DNA of 59,957 nucleotides from a virus: positions 1 through 59,957 of IMG/VR virus record IMGVR_UViG_3300047160_003019, one strand, 5' to 3'. Below, piece after piece: positions 44,887 to 53,080 of this stretch. The first letter of the stretch is position 1. Each line of letters opens with the position of its first letter. The notes under the pieces were generated by a model that worked only from the letters and a program-made list of their open reading frames with translations, was not told where the DNA came from and searched no databases. Made by a program: the position numbers and the translations under genes.

Positions 44887-45158
44887 GACGGTTTCCTAAC
44901 CAAACCCAGCTGGGCTGCACTAGTTAGTCTTTTAGGTGGTCCGATGGGTGCCGAAGGCGATGCGGATGGCTGTCGGACTCGGACTTGTCTGACGGTTTCG
45001 GTGGCTGCCAACCGATCTCGCAACTCTTGCATGTGAGTTACGATGTCCATCAGGGACTCCCCCAGAGTTTCCGGGTCGCGGGAGAATAGCTCCTGGAGCG
45101 ACAGCCGATCCACCTGACGAAGTGCGTTGGACTGAGGGATGGGATAGTCATCAGACAT
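44883..45158 (-). CDS. small early protein (91 aa) ending in LTSAAQLGLVRKPS
   Basis: The start at MSDDYP overlaps the upstream stop. Carries the shared C-terminal motif. Confidence 0.7.
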   Translation of the reverse strand: MSDDYPIPQSNALRQVDRLSLQELFSRDPETLGESLMDIVTHMQELRDRLAATETVRQVRVRQPSASPSAPIGPPKRLTSAAQLGLVRKPS

Positions 45159-45390
45159 CTTCCAACTCCTCTTCATCATCCTCCAGGTCGAAGTCTTGGG
45201 CAGTGTGTTCGGCAATCCGCTGGCGGAGTTCCATCACACCTTGGTGGATGTATTCGCGGCAGACATGACCACATCCGACTCTTCGATGCCTCGGGGCACC
45301 AGCCCCGAAATAGCGTTCCAAGAACTCCCAATCTTCGTCATATATTAAGACGTGACGTGGAGTTGTTGGTCGATCAGTCTTCTTTACCAT
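45151..45390 (-). CDS. possible ribbon-helix-helix protein with an acidic tail (79 aa)
   Basis: RHVLIYDEDWEFLERYF looks like an RHH strand-helix. The C-terminus is DFDLEDDEEELEDV. Confidence 0.6.
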   Translation of the reverse strand: MVKKTDRPTTPRHVLIYDEDWEFLERYFGAGAPRHRRVGCGHVCREYIHQGVMELRQRIAEHTAQDFDLEDDEEELEDV

Positions 45391-45661
45391 GCTCGTTCCC
45401 TTCGGTCACTCGCTCCTCCTCTGTCGGCCGCTTGAACTGGTGATAGATGGCGACACCAGAGGATTTGATACTGATAATTAGGTCTTGTAGAAGTGGTTCC
45501 TTCTGCTTCGCCCTGTTCAGATACTCTATTAGGAGTTCTGGTTCGTCAGACATGACTAGGAGCCCGACCTCGGGGTATTCAGTGGCCAATGCCTCCATCA
45601 TCAGTGTTTGGAGGGCTGCTAGCTGTTGGGCGCCTTCAGCCCAGCTGATCTTTTCACCCAT
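45374..45661 (-). CDS. hypothetical protein (95 aa)
   Basis: The AGTAAATCGGAGCGAAG cassette lies before the ATG. Confidence 0.7.
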   Translation of the reverse strand: MGEKISWAEGAQQLAALQTLMMEALATEYPEVGLLVMSDEPELLIEYLNRAKQKEPLLQDLIISIKSSGVAIYHQFKRPTEEERVTEGNEHGKED

Positions 45662-45726
45662 CTTCGCTCCGATTTACTAGAAGTCGCTCAGCTTTTTTGC
45701 CTAATGAAGGAACAAATCGTGAACGA

Positions 45727-46164
45727 TCACCCAATCCGATCCCATCCACTGTATATGGAGTTGAGGTTGGCAATAAGCTGCTCTCGCGCTTTCTCTAAAT
45801 TGGCAGGATCACTCATAGCTGCTGCTATGTTAGCTTCTTTTAAATCCTTATAATTTAGAGACTTCAACACTATTTGCATGAGTGTGTGGTTGAAGGCTGG
45901 GAGTTTGGGCGCTTCGCGCATGGACAGAGTATATTCACTGTCTAGCTTGTCGATTGCTTTGGTGATCAGTTCCAGCTCCGGAATTGTGAGGACTCCGTCC
46001 TCACAAGCGTCTTCGGCCTCAATTATCCAACGGATAGCGATCTTCCGGATCAGGTCTGCACGGTAGAAGTTGAGGGCTGTTGCTTCAAGCTCAGTCATGA
46101 CATGACCAGCCTGCCAAGGGTCCCGGAGTACGAACTGGTACTGGGACAGATTGATTTTAGGCAT
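45727..46164 (-). CDS. hypothetical protein (145 aa)
   Basis: AGGAG SD, downstream of a strong promoter candidate. Confidence 0.75.
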   Translation of the reverse strand: MPKINLSQYQFVLRDPWQAGHVMTELEATALNFYRADLIRKIAIRWIIEAEDACEDGVLTIPELELITKAIDKLDSEYTLSMREAPKLPAFNHTLMQIVLKSLNYKDLKEANIAAAMSDPANLEKAREQLIANLNSIYSGWDRIG

Positions 46165-46182
46165 TCTTAGCTCCTGTGGTGG

Positions 46183-46212
46183 ATTTTAACATATGTCATG
46201 GGCGCGTGTCAA
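46183..46212 (-). promoter_or_regulatory. sigma70-type promoter candidate TTGACA-18-TAAAAT
   Basis: Perfect -35, 5/6 -10. The motif copy abuts the -35 box. Confidence 0.55.
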
Positions 46213-46234
46213 TGGCCATCGTTCATTCAATGAA
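46213..46234. promoter_or_regulatory. conserved intergenic motif copy (- strand reads TTCATTGAATGAACGATGGCCA)
   Basis: Exact core, immediately upstream of the TTGACA box. Confidence 0.65.
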
Positions 46235-46238
46235 ATTA

Positions 46239-46274
46239 ATTGAAGAGTCACACACTTGTGTGTGACTCTTCAAT
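46239..46274 (-). terminator. 16-bp perfect stem-loop ATTGAAGAGTCACACA-CTTG-TGTGTGACTCTTCAAT overlapping the stop of the gene at 46270
   Basis: Exact inverted repeat. On the - strand it is followed by TAATTTCATT. Confidence 0.5.
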
Positions 46275-46476
46275 CCTCTTCGTCCTCTCCAACTAACCAA
46301 CTCCCCGGTGGCCTCCCATTAATATCAATCTTGAGCCCACCCCTCCGCAGCTGTTCTTCAACTTCATCCGCGACACGCGACGGTAGTGCAGTCCGCATAC
46401 CGCGGCGGCCCAACTGTGAGGTACTTATACAGTACCTCACAGCCTCTTCAATTATCCTTCGCAACATATCATTCAT
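46270..46476 (-). CDS. hypothetical protein (68 aa)
   Basis: ATGA-type overlap with the upstream gene. Confidence 0.6.
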   Translation of the reverse strand: MNDMLRRIIEEAVRYCISTSQLGRRGMRTALPSRVADEVEEQLRRGGLKIDINGRPPGSWLVGEDEED

Positions 46477-46697
46477 CGGGGCTCCTTTATAATCTTCTCA
46501 TTAATTTCTAGGAACACATGACGTTCTGCTTCCACTGGGATGAATTGGTTGGTGCCGATCATTGCCCAACCACCACCTTTCAAGGCTCCAGCGTTGGCGT
46601 CCCACGACGCTGGTTCCCAGTGGACCTCCTGTCGCGGTCTGCCGCGAGAGGGCCAATCGAATTTGACCCAATAATAGCCTGTGACACGTTTACTCAT
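46473..46697 (-). CDS. hypothetical protein (74 aa)
   Basis: ATG after the CCGAAGGGAGCTGAAA cassette. Confidence 0.6.
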   Translation of the reverse strand: MSKRVTGYYWVKFDWPSRGRPRQEVHWEPASWDANAGALKGGGWAMIGTNQFIPVEAERHVFLEINEKIIKEPR

Positions 46698-46699
46698 TT

Positions 46700-46921
46700 T
46701 CAGCTCCCTTCGGTTGCCTCGACCGTACCAATGGGCTCGAAGAGAGTAGCGTCGGGGCCACAAGCCCCGACGGCACGCATGGATTGCGCTGACTGGACAG
46801 TGTTACTAGCCGTGCCTAAGAAATAGTTTGGGATTTCCACCCTCGATTGAGGGTGGAAACACATTGGACTTGGCCGCAACTCACAATACTTACAGTCCTT
46901 GCACGCGATCATGCTTCGCAC
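46700..46921 (-). CDS. Cys-rich small protein (73 aa)
   Basis: CKDCKYC...C cluster near the N-terminus. Confidence 0.6.
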   Translation of the reverse strand: MRSMIACKDCKYCELRPSPMCFHPQSRVEIPNYFLGTASNTVQSAQSMRAVGACGPDATLFEPIGTVEATEGS

Positions 46922-46923
46922 TC

Positions 46924-48504
46924 CTACTGGAATTGCTCCAAATCTGCGTTGACCAGGGTATGCTTGGTCCTGGTCTCGGTGACGTAGTGCAGGTTGTTCT
47001 CCTGTTCAAGCGGTTTCGGGTCGCCCAAAGCCATCGCTGTCATAGACTGCTTGGACGGTATCCGCCACGGGTCCAAGTGAACTACCAGCGGCCATTCCAG
47101 ACCTTTGGAGCGGTGGCTCGAAGAGAGCAGGATGGGGTTCCCTTCCCTTGAGAACAGCTTCTCCAGCACCGCTCTCAGATCACCCACCGTACGCGGCGAA
47201 GCCCCCTCCATAGTCGATCTCAGACATTCGGTCTGGTCGATGACTTTGTCGGCCCGTTCGGGCTTCTGGTTGATGTTAGCTAGATCACACTCACGCCCAC
47301 ACCATTCTGTTAAGATGGCTGCAAATTTGGTTATCTCCAACTCATCAGACGGAGCTAACTTTTTGGTCAGTTGAACCAAACCACGGCCAATGTCCCGTCC
47401 TTGCATCTGGCAACCGATCCCGGCCCTTATAAGACGGAACGCCATAGTTAACAGAGGGGCATTATTCCTACATAATATCGCGGTAGAGGGGCCGCTGCGC
47501 GCCGCTGGCATCAGGTCTAAAGGAATTGCTTGCAGCAGTTCCTTCAGGTCGGACCAACCCCAGACCTGCTGATTCTCAACAATGCGGGTCGGTCCAGTAA
47601 CAAGACCCTCATGGTTGTTTTCATGCGCCCGGTAGCCCGGTGCGTGCTCCTGCTGGCGAGCCACAACAGACTTCGGGCAGCGGAACGTCATCGTGAGTTT
47701 CAGGTCTTCCCACCCGTCTTTGATACGTCTGATCTTTTCCATTGAGTTGGTGTCGGCACCGCGGAATGCGTAGATAGCTTGTTTGGTATCCCCTACCGCG
47801 TTGATAAGGCCATCGTCTCGGGAACATAGCTCCAGTTCCCGGTGGTTAAGTGGGTTGAGGTCTTGCGCTTCATCTATAAAGACACGGGGGTATTTGACCC
47901 ATCTCCCACCGAGTATGACAGGGCAATAAATCTGGTCGTCAAAGGAGATGTGACCCTGCTTGGCCAGTGCGATATCAGCTTCGAGGGTCTGGCGGGCCAG
48001 GTCATAGATCATGGGGATTTCGTCAGCGGACGGTACGTCTATGAGATCGGCCCAATTCTCGTAAACATCTGGAGTCAAGGGACTCCCGATGTTTCCAGGA
48101 CTAATACCAGCTTGCATAGCTTTGGTGACCGCCTCACGAACCGCGTCCCACTGCCAGGACTGGAGATGGATACGGTTCTCTTGAGCTATAGACGTGACGA
48201 GTTTGCCCAGCTTCTGCTTGTCCAGTTTAACCGATTGCCCGTTAAGGGTCTTCAACCAAGCCAGATGACCAGCCCCGTTCAACGACTTCACAGCGAAATT
48301 CGCTGGAAGTCGCCCAGCGAGTTCGTCGGTGATCTTACGGTTAAAGGCGAGTGCCAGTGCAGGCTCCTTGACCCGCTGCGCGCTGGCTTCGATGGTACTG
48401 GTCTTGCCGGTCCCGGCGTAGGCACCTACCATGATGGATTTGGTGCCGCGGGCAGTAGCGTCACAGATTTCGATCTGTTCGTCTGTTAGCTTGTAATCAG
48501 GCAT
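46924..48504 (-). CDS. UvrD/Rep-like superfamily 1 helicase (526 aa)
   Basis: Walker A GAYAGTGKTS, Walker B VFIDEAQDL and a motif VI-like SSHRSKGLEW. Confidence 0.85.
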   Translation of the reverse strand: MPDYKLTDEQIEICDATARGTKSIMVGAYAGTGKTSTIEASAQRVKEPALALAFNRKITDELAGRLPANFAVKSLNGAGHLAWLKTLNGQSVKLDKQKLGKLVTSIAQENRIHLQSWQWDAVREAVTKAMQAGISPGNIGSPLTPDVYENWADLIDVPSADEIPMIYDLARQTLEADIALAKQGHISFDDQIYCPVILGGRWVKYPRVFIDEAQDLNPLNHRELELCSRDDGLINAVGDTKQAIYAFRGADTNSMEKIRRIKDGWEDLKLTMTFRCPKSVVARQQEHAPGYRAHENNHEGLVTGPTRIVENQQVWGWSDLKELLQAIPLDLMPAARSGPSTAILCRNNAPLLTMAFRLIRAGIGCQMQGRDIGRGLVQLTKKLAPSDELEITKFAAILTEWCGRECDLANINQKPERADKVIDQTECLRSTMEGASPRTVGDLRAVLEKLFSREGNPILLSSSHRSKGLEWPLVVHLDPWRIPSKQSMTAMALGDPKPLEQENNLHYVTETRTKHTLVNADLEQFQ

Positions 48505-48505
48505 G

Positions 48506-49120
48506 TTATGATACTCCCAAAAGCTTCTTGATTTGCTTAGACTTGTCCTCTAAACGCTCCGCAGCAGCCACCAAACGGTCCTTTGAGGCATGGTTTGTGT
48601 CCTCTATTGAGATCCACATTGCCTCGCGGGTGAATGATACTGCGTAACCCATGAGGATTTGGCACTGTCGAAAGACACTACCTACCGTCTTGTCATCAAG
48701 GCGCATGGAGGTTGGTAGCTCATCATCCCAGGGTAAGGATTCGTTGGACTTTGATGATGTTTTGGGGAATATTTCGGCTATCTCAGGACGAACCTTCCCG
48801 TCCCTGCCTACTTGATGTGTTAATTGTACCTCAATCTCCATATTAACTAGTTCCAAGATCGCCTCATTACCCTCCTCAACGTCTAGACGGCTCTTGAACG
48901 CGTACGGTGGTTGTCCAACCCCTGAGTACAGCTTCTGGACGAATGATGACATAGTTTTGATGGCACGTCCTGATAGGAAAACGGTGTGCCAGAAGGTAGC
49001 CGTCCCATCAGGCTTGTCAAACTTTATACCTATATTTGGACGGCCATGTGATGGGTTGGCTATAGTATCAACGATGACAACCATTTGCCTACCGTTGCTA
49101 AAGCCAGTTTCCGAGTCCAT
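48506..49120 (-). CDS. hypothetical protein (204 aa)
   Basis: Clean ORF, tightly packed. Confidence 0.75.
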   Translation of the reverse strand: MDSETGFSNGRQMVVIVDTIANPSHGRPNIGIKFDKPDGTATFWHTVFLSGRAIKTMSSFVQKLYSGVGQPPYAFKSRLDVEEGNEAILELVNMEIEVQLTHQVGRDGKVRPEIAEIFPKTSSKSNESLPWDDELPTSMRLDDKTVGSVFRQCQILMGYAVSFTREAMWISIEDTNHASKDRLVAAAERLEDKSKQIKKLLGVS

Positions 49121-49137
49121 ATCGAGTCTCCGATTGG

Positions 49138-49323
49138 TTAGACGTAGATGACGATAGTGGATGCAGGGAATTTGTCTGGGTCTATCCTGGCTTGGTTCAG
49201 GAAGTAGGCGATGGCTTTGGCCTGATCCAAGTTCTGGCAGATGACACGGTATGCAGGATCGTCACGGTGCTGGACTACATGCCAATCCTTGACCTTGACC
49301 CAATTGGCAAACCACTTATCCAT
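49138..49323 (-). CDS. hypothetical protein (61 aa)
   Basis: Compact ORF on the same strand. Confidence 0.55.
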   Translation of the reverse strand: MDKWFANWVKVKDWHVVQHRDDPAYRVICQNLDQAKAIAYFLNQARIDPDKFPASTIVIYV

Positions 49324-49336
49324 GGGACTGACTCCC

Positions 49337-49792
49337 TTATTGAGTAGGGGTTACAATCTGAACTAGAACCTGGCCCATCGGCGAGAACGTCAGAGTTGCT
49401 CTCCAATCGGGCTGCCCGATGATCTGGCCGATCTCTTTGTTGCCGAGAGATGGCTCGCCATCAATCTTGGCAGTCTTTGCACCGGACCGGGGGACATACC
49501 CCAGATGCAGGATGGGGTCTTCGACCAGCTCTCCGAACTCATCCTTCTGCAAGTCCTCCCAGGTACACCCGTACCGCATGAGTTCGTCCCGGATGCGTTC
49601 CACATCGGACTCGGGGACCATGATCGAGTTCAGTTTGACACCGATCTTGATGGCATCCGAGTCATAGGGGTTATCGGGCTCGGGGTCCAATATAAGTTCA
49701 TGGCCCGCACTGAGTAGGCTCAGGATAGTCTTGGCTGGTGGTCTATAGAACGCGCCAACTATTGGGGACAGAAAGATATTCATGCTTTGCAC
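49337..49792 (-). CDS. HIRAN-domain-like protein (151 aa)
   Basis: IVGAFYRPP...GHELILDPEPDNPYDSDAIKIGV fits the HIRAN signature. Confidence 0.6.
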   Translation of the reverse strand: MQSMNIFLSPIVGAFYRPPAKTILSLLSAGHELILDPEPDNPYDSDAIKIGVKLNSIMVPESDVERIRDELMRYGCTWEDLQKDEFGELVEDPILHLGYVPRSGAKTAKIDGEPSLGNKEIGQIIGQPDWRATLTFSPMGQVLVQIVTPTQ

Positions 49793-50136
49793 TCCTTATC
49801 AACTACAAACCCGTAGGTACGCCAGAATACACGCCTGGGATGGAACTGTCGTTCGTCCTCCTCATTCTTTGCTGCACAATAAGAATCGGCAGCGGCTTCG
49901 GTTGAGAAGATTGCGGATGGGTAGTCATTACTCATCACGACATAGTACGTGGACACCCGCATCGGACGGCGGTTTGCAACCGACTCCATTGCCTCGTGCG
50001 CAGTACCCAGTATGATGCCGAGGGCAAAAGCGAATCGGGAGTCTATGTCGGTATCGGCTGGGAAAGGGTAAGAATCCATGATCTTTGCCTTAGCTTTCAG
50101 TAGGAAACCAAGGCAATCGGCGTTAGTCTTTATCAT
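49780..50136 (-). CDS. hypothetical protein (118 aa)
   Basis: Internal ATG chosen to avoid a long overlap. Confidence 0.6.
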   Translation of the reverse strand: MIKTNADCLGFLLKAKAKIMDSYPFPADTDIDSRFAFALGIILGTAHEAMESVANRRPMRVSTYYVVMSNDYPSAIFSTEAAADSYCAAKNEEDERQFHPRRVFWRTYGFVVDKECKA

Positions 50137-50380
50137 GTTCAAGCCTCTCCAGTTTGAGGAACTCGTATCCAAGCTGTCGCATCTCCCTTTCAAAGTTCTG
50201 TAGAGCTTCAAAAGAGGTCGAGACTGCTTGGGCCGGGACCGATTCTTCAGGGTGCTTCACCACCAGCCGGTACGAGTAAACCGGGGCCGGAGGCGCTGGG
50301 GGCAACGGGTCACGGTTCCAGACTTCGGAGCCGTACAAGGGACGGCTCCGCACTTCTCCACCACTGTACTTGATAGTCAT
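50123..50380 (-). CDS. hypothetical protein (85 aa)
   Basis: ATG after the GGCGACTGAAAGGAGACTAGAA cassette. Confidence 0.65.
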   Translation of the reverse strand: MTIKYSGGEVRSRPLYGSEVWNRDPLPPAPPAPVYSYRLVVKHPEESVPAQAVSTSFEALQNFEREMRQLGYEFLKLERLEHDKD

Positions 50381-50393
50381 TTCTAGTCTCCTT

Positions 50394-50783
50394 TCAGTCG
50401 CCTCGAACCAGTTGCTGTACAATCTTCTTCAATAGGTTTTGCCGATTGCTGTCTGGCAATGCTGCACCGCGTAATAACAGCAGTAGGTCCACTAATTCCT
50501 CAACCGAGAAAGGACTGATAATCATAGGAGGAGTCTGGACTTGAGCTGCTGCGTGCTGGAGTACAGAGTTGTTTGTCATGACTCCCTGCAAGCTGCGGAG
50601 TGCCTTAAGTGGGGCTTCGCCCTTATCCTTGAATTTATAACTGGTATTACTCCCGGTCCACCCCGCGTCGTCCCAAATCTGCTGGTCCTCTTTACCAGTG
50701 TAATTGTGGATAAGGACCAATGCCTCTTCTATGGTCTTCCAAGGCACCATTACCTGATGGTTCATTCTGTTAGCTGCTCTCAT
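50394..50783 (-). CDS. hypothetical protein (129 aa)
   Basis: The ATG at 50783 follows GGAGGGG. The ORF-track start at 50831 lies inside the promoter candidate. Confidence 0.6.
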   Translation of the reverse strand: MRAANRMNHQVMVPWKTIEEALVLIHNYTGKEDQQIWDDAGWTGSNTSYKFKDKGEAPLKALRSLQGVMTNNSVLQHAAAQVQTPPMIISPFSVEELVDLLLLLRGAALPDSNRQNLLKKIVQQLVRGD

Positions 50784-50821
50784 TACTGCCCCTCCAAGGC
50801 TAGTTCTGTTTGAACGACGAC

Positions 50822-50850
50822 ATTGTATCATGTCTTTGGCACAATGTCAA
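50822..50850 (-). promoter_or_regulatory. near-consensus sigma70-type promoter TTGACA-17-TACAAT
   Basis: Perfect -35, 5/6 -10 and a 17-nt spacer. Directly downstream of two strong stem-loops. Confidence 0.6.
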
Positions 50851-50858
50851 CATGCGTA

Positions 50859-50933
50859 ATCACGGGTGCGTTACTCGCACCCGTGATCCTTCCCACTTGC
50901 GGATTAGGGGATCGCTAGTTGCGATCCCCTAAT
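50859..50933 (-). other. two tandem perfect stem-loops (12-bp ATCACGGGTGCG/CGCACCCGTGAT and 13-bp ATTAGGGGATCGC/GCGATCCCCTAAT)
   Basis: Exact inverted repeats at 50859-50887 and 50903-50933, with no T-runs. Confidence 0.65.
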
Positions 50934-51018
50934 ACTTATGTTCTCCTCGTCCTCGTCGTCTTCCGGGTCGGTCATATGGCATCACACTCCTTTCTGGTTT
51001 GGGGCTTCGAGGAATGTT

Positions 51019-51195
51019 CTACTCGTTCAACTCCACGTCCCACCAGCCGAGAAACTCTTCCAGATCAGAGTTATCCTGGCTCTTAGCCAGGGCTTCCAGG
51101 GCTTGTCTTTTCTCTGCCCATGTCGCCCCATGCACCTGGATAAGGTTTTGGAGGCACTCCAAAACCTTATCACATGCAGTACCCAAATCATTCAT
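51019..51195 (-). CDS. hypothetical protein (58 aa)
   Basis: Internal ATG after AAGGAG. Confidence 0.5.
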   Translation of the reverse strand: MNDLGTACDKVLECLQNLIQVHGATWAEKRQALEALAKSQDNSDLEEFLGWWDVELNE

Positions 51196-51208
51196 GCTTC
51201 GTACTCCT

Positions 51209-51397
51209 TCACGGTTGTGCAATACGAAACATACCAAGCAGGGCTACAGCCAGGAACCCTGCTAGCAGTACAAACTTGACTATCGCTCTAACAGCACGGA
51301 ATCGTGGAGTGCGTTTGCACTCCACGATTGCACTCCTTGGGGCACGGTTATAGATTTCCCGCTCTTGCCAGACTTCATCATTGACCCACCTGGCCAT
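51209..51397 (-). CDS. small membrane protein (62 aa)
   Basis: C-terminal hydrophobic helix IVKFVLLAGFLAVALLGMF. Confidence 0.55.
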   Translation of the reverse strand: MARWVNDEVWQEREIYNRAPRSAIVECKRTPRFRAVRAIVKFVLLAGFLAVALLGMFRIAQP

Positions 51398-52187
51398 CTC
51401 CCCCTCCGATCTTTTCTGATGATGTTATAGAAGCCAATTGAGAGGCTAGCTGCTCACACTCTCCGATAACGTACTCAAGGGTGCGGTATTCGTCGTATGT
51501 GGGAACAGGGGAGTCGAGTGATTTCAATCTCGCCTCTATGGCTGGTACACGGTCCCCCGCATGAGCACAGTCAAACCCAAAAAGCCAGATGTCATCGTCA
51601 GGCGGATCAAAGCAGATGCAGTTCTGTTGTAAGATCCGCTGGAACTCTTCAAAAGAGTGTTCAGCTGGCCCCCATTTCTTGAGCCATTGAGCTGCATCCC
51701 CTAAGGGAAATTGCAGAGCAATTTCCCTTGCCTTTGGGAAATCAGCTATGAGTTCTCGCCAGCTGGCCTCGGTTATTGGGTGTGGGCTACCAGAATAGGT
51801 CAACCCGCCGTGAACTCTGATGCTGTTGATAGCCTGACCTATTGGCCCCAGCTCAGGCTCCTTGGTCATTCCGAGCTGAACATCTGGGAAACCGTTTTTG
51901 GTTTTGGGATACCCACGTGCGGCCCATTCCTTCATATTATCTCGGTTCTGTGCCGATATGATGTCGGCGATCATCTGAGAGTAACCGAGATATGAGTAAC
52001 CATATGTAGGGTGCCCCTGCGGGCACCCTACATATCCACAAAAAGCTCCGTGATAGATACGGAGTATCAGGCACGGGTATCCCGTGCCTGATACAAATTG
52101 GATTTTGTCAGGTTCGTTCAGCCATGGACCTGGAAACCAATCCCGCTTGTTAAGGCTGAGATCGTCCCACTCCTTATATTCGATCAT
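51378..52187 (-). CDS. hypothetical protein (269 aa)
   Basis: Clean ORF. Contains WLFGFDCAHAGD, a motif I recall from uncharacterised phage proteins. Confidence 0.75.
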   Translation of the reverse strand: MIEYKEWDDLSLNKRDWFPGPWLNEPDKIQFVSGTGYPCLILRIYHGAFCGYVGCPQGHPTYGYSYLGYSQMIADIISAQNRDNMKEWAARGYPKTKNGFPDVQLGMTKEPELGPIGQAINSIRVHGGLTYSGSPHPITEASWRELIADFPKAREIALQFPLGDAAQWLKKWGPAEHSFEEFQRILQQNCICFDPPDDDIWLFGFDCAHAGDRVPAIEARLKSLDSPVPTYDEYRTLEYVIGECEQLASQLASITSSEKIGGGDGQVGQ

Positions 52188-52202
52188 GTTTCAGCATCCT
52201 AG

Positions 52203-52430
52203 TTAGTTGATATACGAATCAGACCGCATTCCCCACAGCGTGCTTTTAAAGCAAAGCCAGCTGTCATCATACGGTACACAACCGTTAGCAAGTGCTTTCT
52301 CAATGAACCTTTTACCGGCAGTGTAGTGTCCAAATTCGTTCCCACATGCCGCGCCTACGATGAACGCGGCAGTTAAGCACAAGTAGAGATAAAATTTTGG
52401 CAATGCTTTATCTACTCTATGCTCAATCAT
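52203..52430 (-). CDS. small membrane-anchored Cys-containing protein (75 aa)
   Basis: N-terminal hydrophobic segment FYLYLCLTAAFIVGAAC. Shares a 22-nt start cassette with the gene at 52187. Confidence 0.6.
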   Translation of the reverse strand: MIEHRVDKALPKFYLYLCLTAAFIVGAACGNEFGHYTAGKRFIEKALANGCVPYDDSWLCFKSTLWGMRSDSYIN

Positions 52431-52491
52431 GTTTCAGCATCCTAGTTGGTTGCAAAATTGATCGGACGCAGAGCGTCCGATCTATTTGCAA

Positions 52492-53079
52492 TCAGGCGGA
52501 TTGGCCGGTCACGAGTTCGAGTTTGGTTTTAGCCATCTCGATAGCCTTTTTCGTCTTCTCGTCATACTCGTCTTGCAGACGCTTGGTGTAGCGGACAGCA
52601 TCATCTGCATCAACCCGGCCGGAGTTATAACGGTGGCGGTTCACGTCCATCTCCAGCCCGTCCAACCGCTTCGCCAGCTCACTGCGTTCCTTGGTAATCT
52701 CAGCGAACCGCTTGACTGCCTCCCTAACCCAAGGCACATTGGGGTACATTTTGGCGGACCGTCCCACGAGAGCCGGTGCGTCTTCCAGTCCAACCAGATA
52801 GCCGTTGCGGCGGTTGATCTTATCGACTACGTGGAAACGATTTTCTTCGTCGATGACTTCCAGGTGGAGATGGATCTTGGCAGCCTCGAACTTCTCCTTC
52901 TCGTGGAGAGCGGTTTGGATGGCTGCCCTGGCGTCAACCAGAGACAGGAACATCCGCTTCCGCATCTCAATGTGATTGAACTCAGGACCGGTCACGGTGA
53001 ATGACCAGTCCGCATTCAGTTCGATGGTATGGCCACTAAACTCTTTCGGCTCAACGATATTAACTACTTCAGCCATCAT
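52492..53079 (-). CDS. hypothetical protein (195 aa)
   Basis: Clean ORF with a helical C-terminal half. Confidence 0.75.
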   Translation of the reverse strand: MMAEVVNIVEPKEFSGHTIELNADWSFTVTGPEFNHIEMRKRMFLSLVDARAAIQTALHEKEKFEAAKIHLHLEVIDEENRFHVVDKINRRNGYLVGLEDAPALVGRSAKMYPNVPWVREAVKRFAEITKERSELAKRLDGLEMDVNRHRYNSGRVDADDAVRYTKRLQDEYDEKTKKAIEMAKTKLELVTGQSA

Positions 53080-53080
53080 A

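Noticed and set aside
50935-51010. Tiny acidic ORF (MTDPEDDEDEENISIRGSQLAIP) upstream of the tandem stem-loops
   Set aside because: It has 23 codons, ambiguous SD spacing, and runs into a hairpin. The evidence is insufficient.
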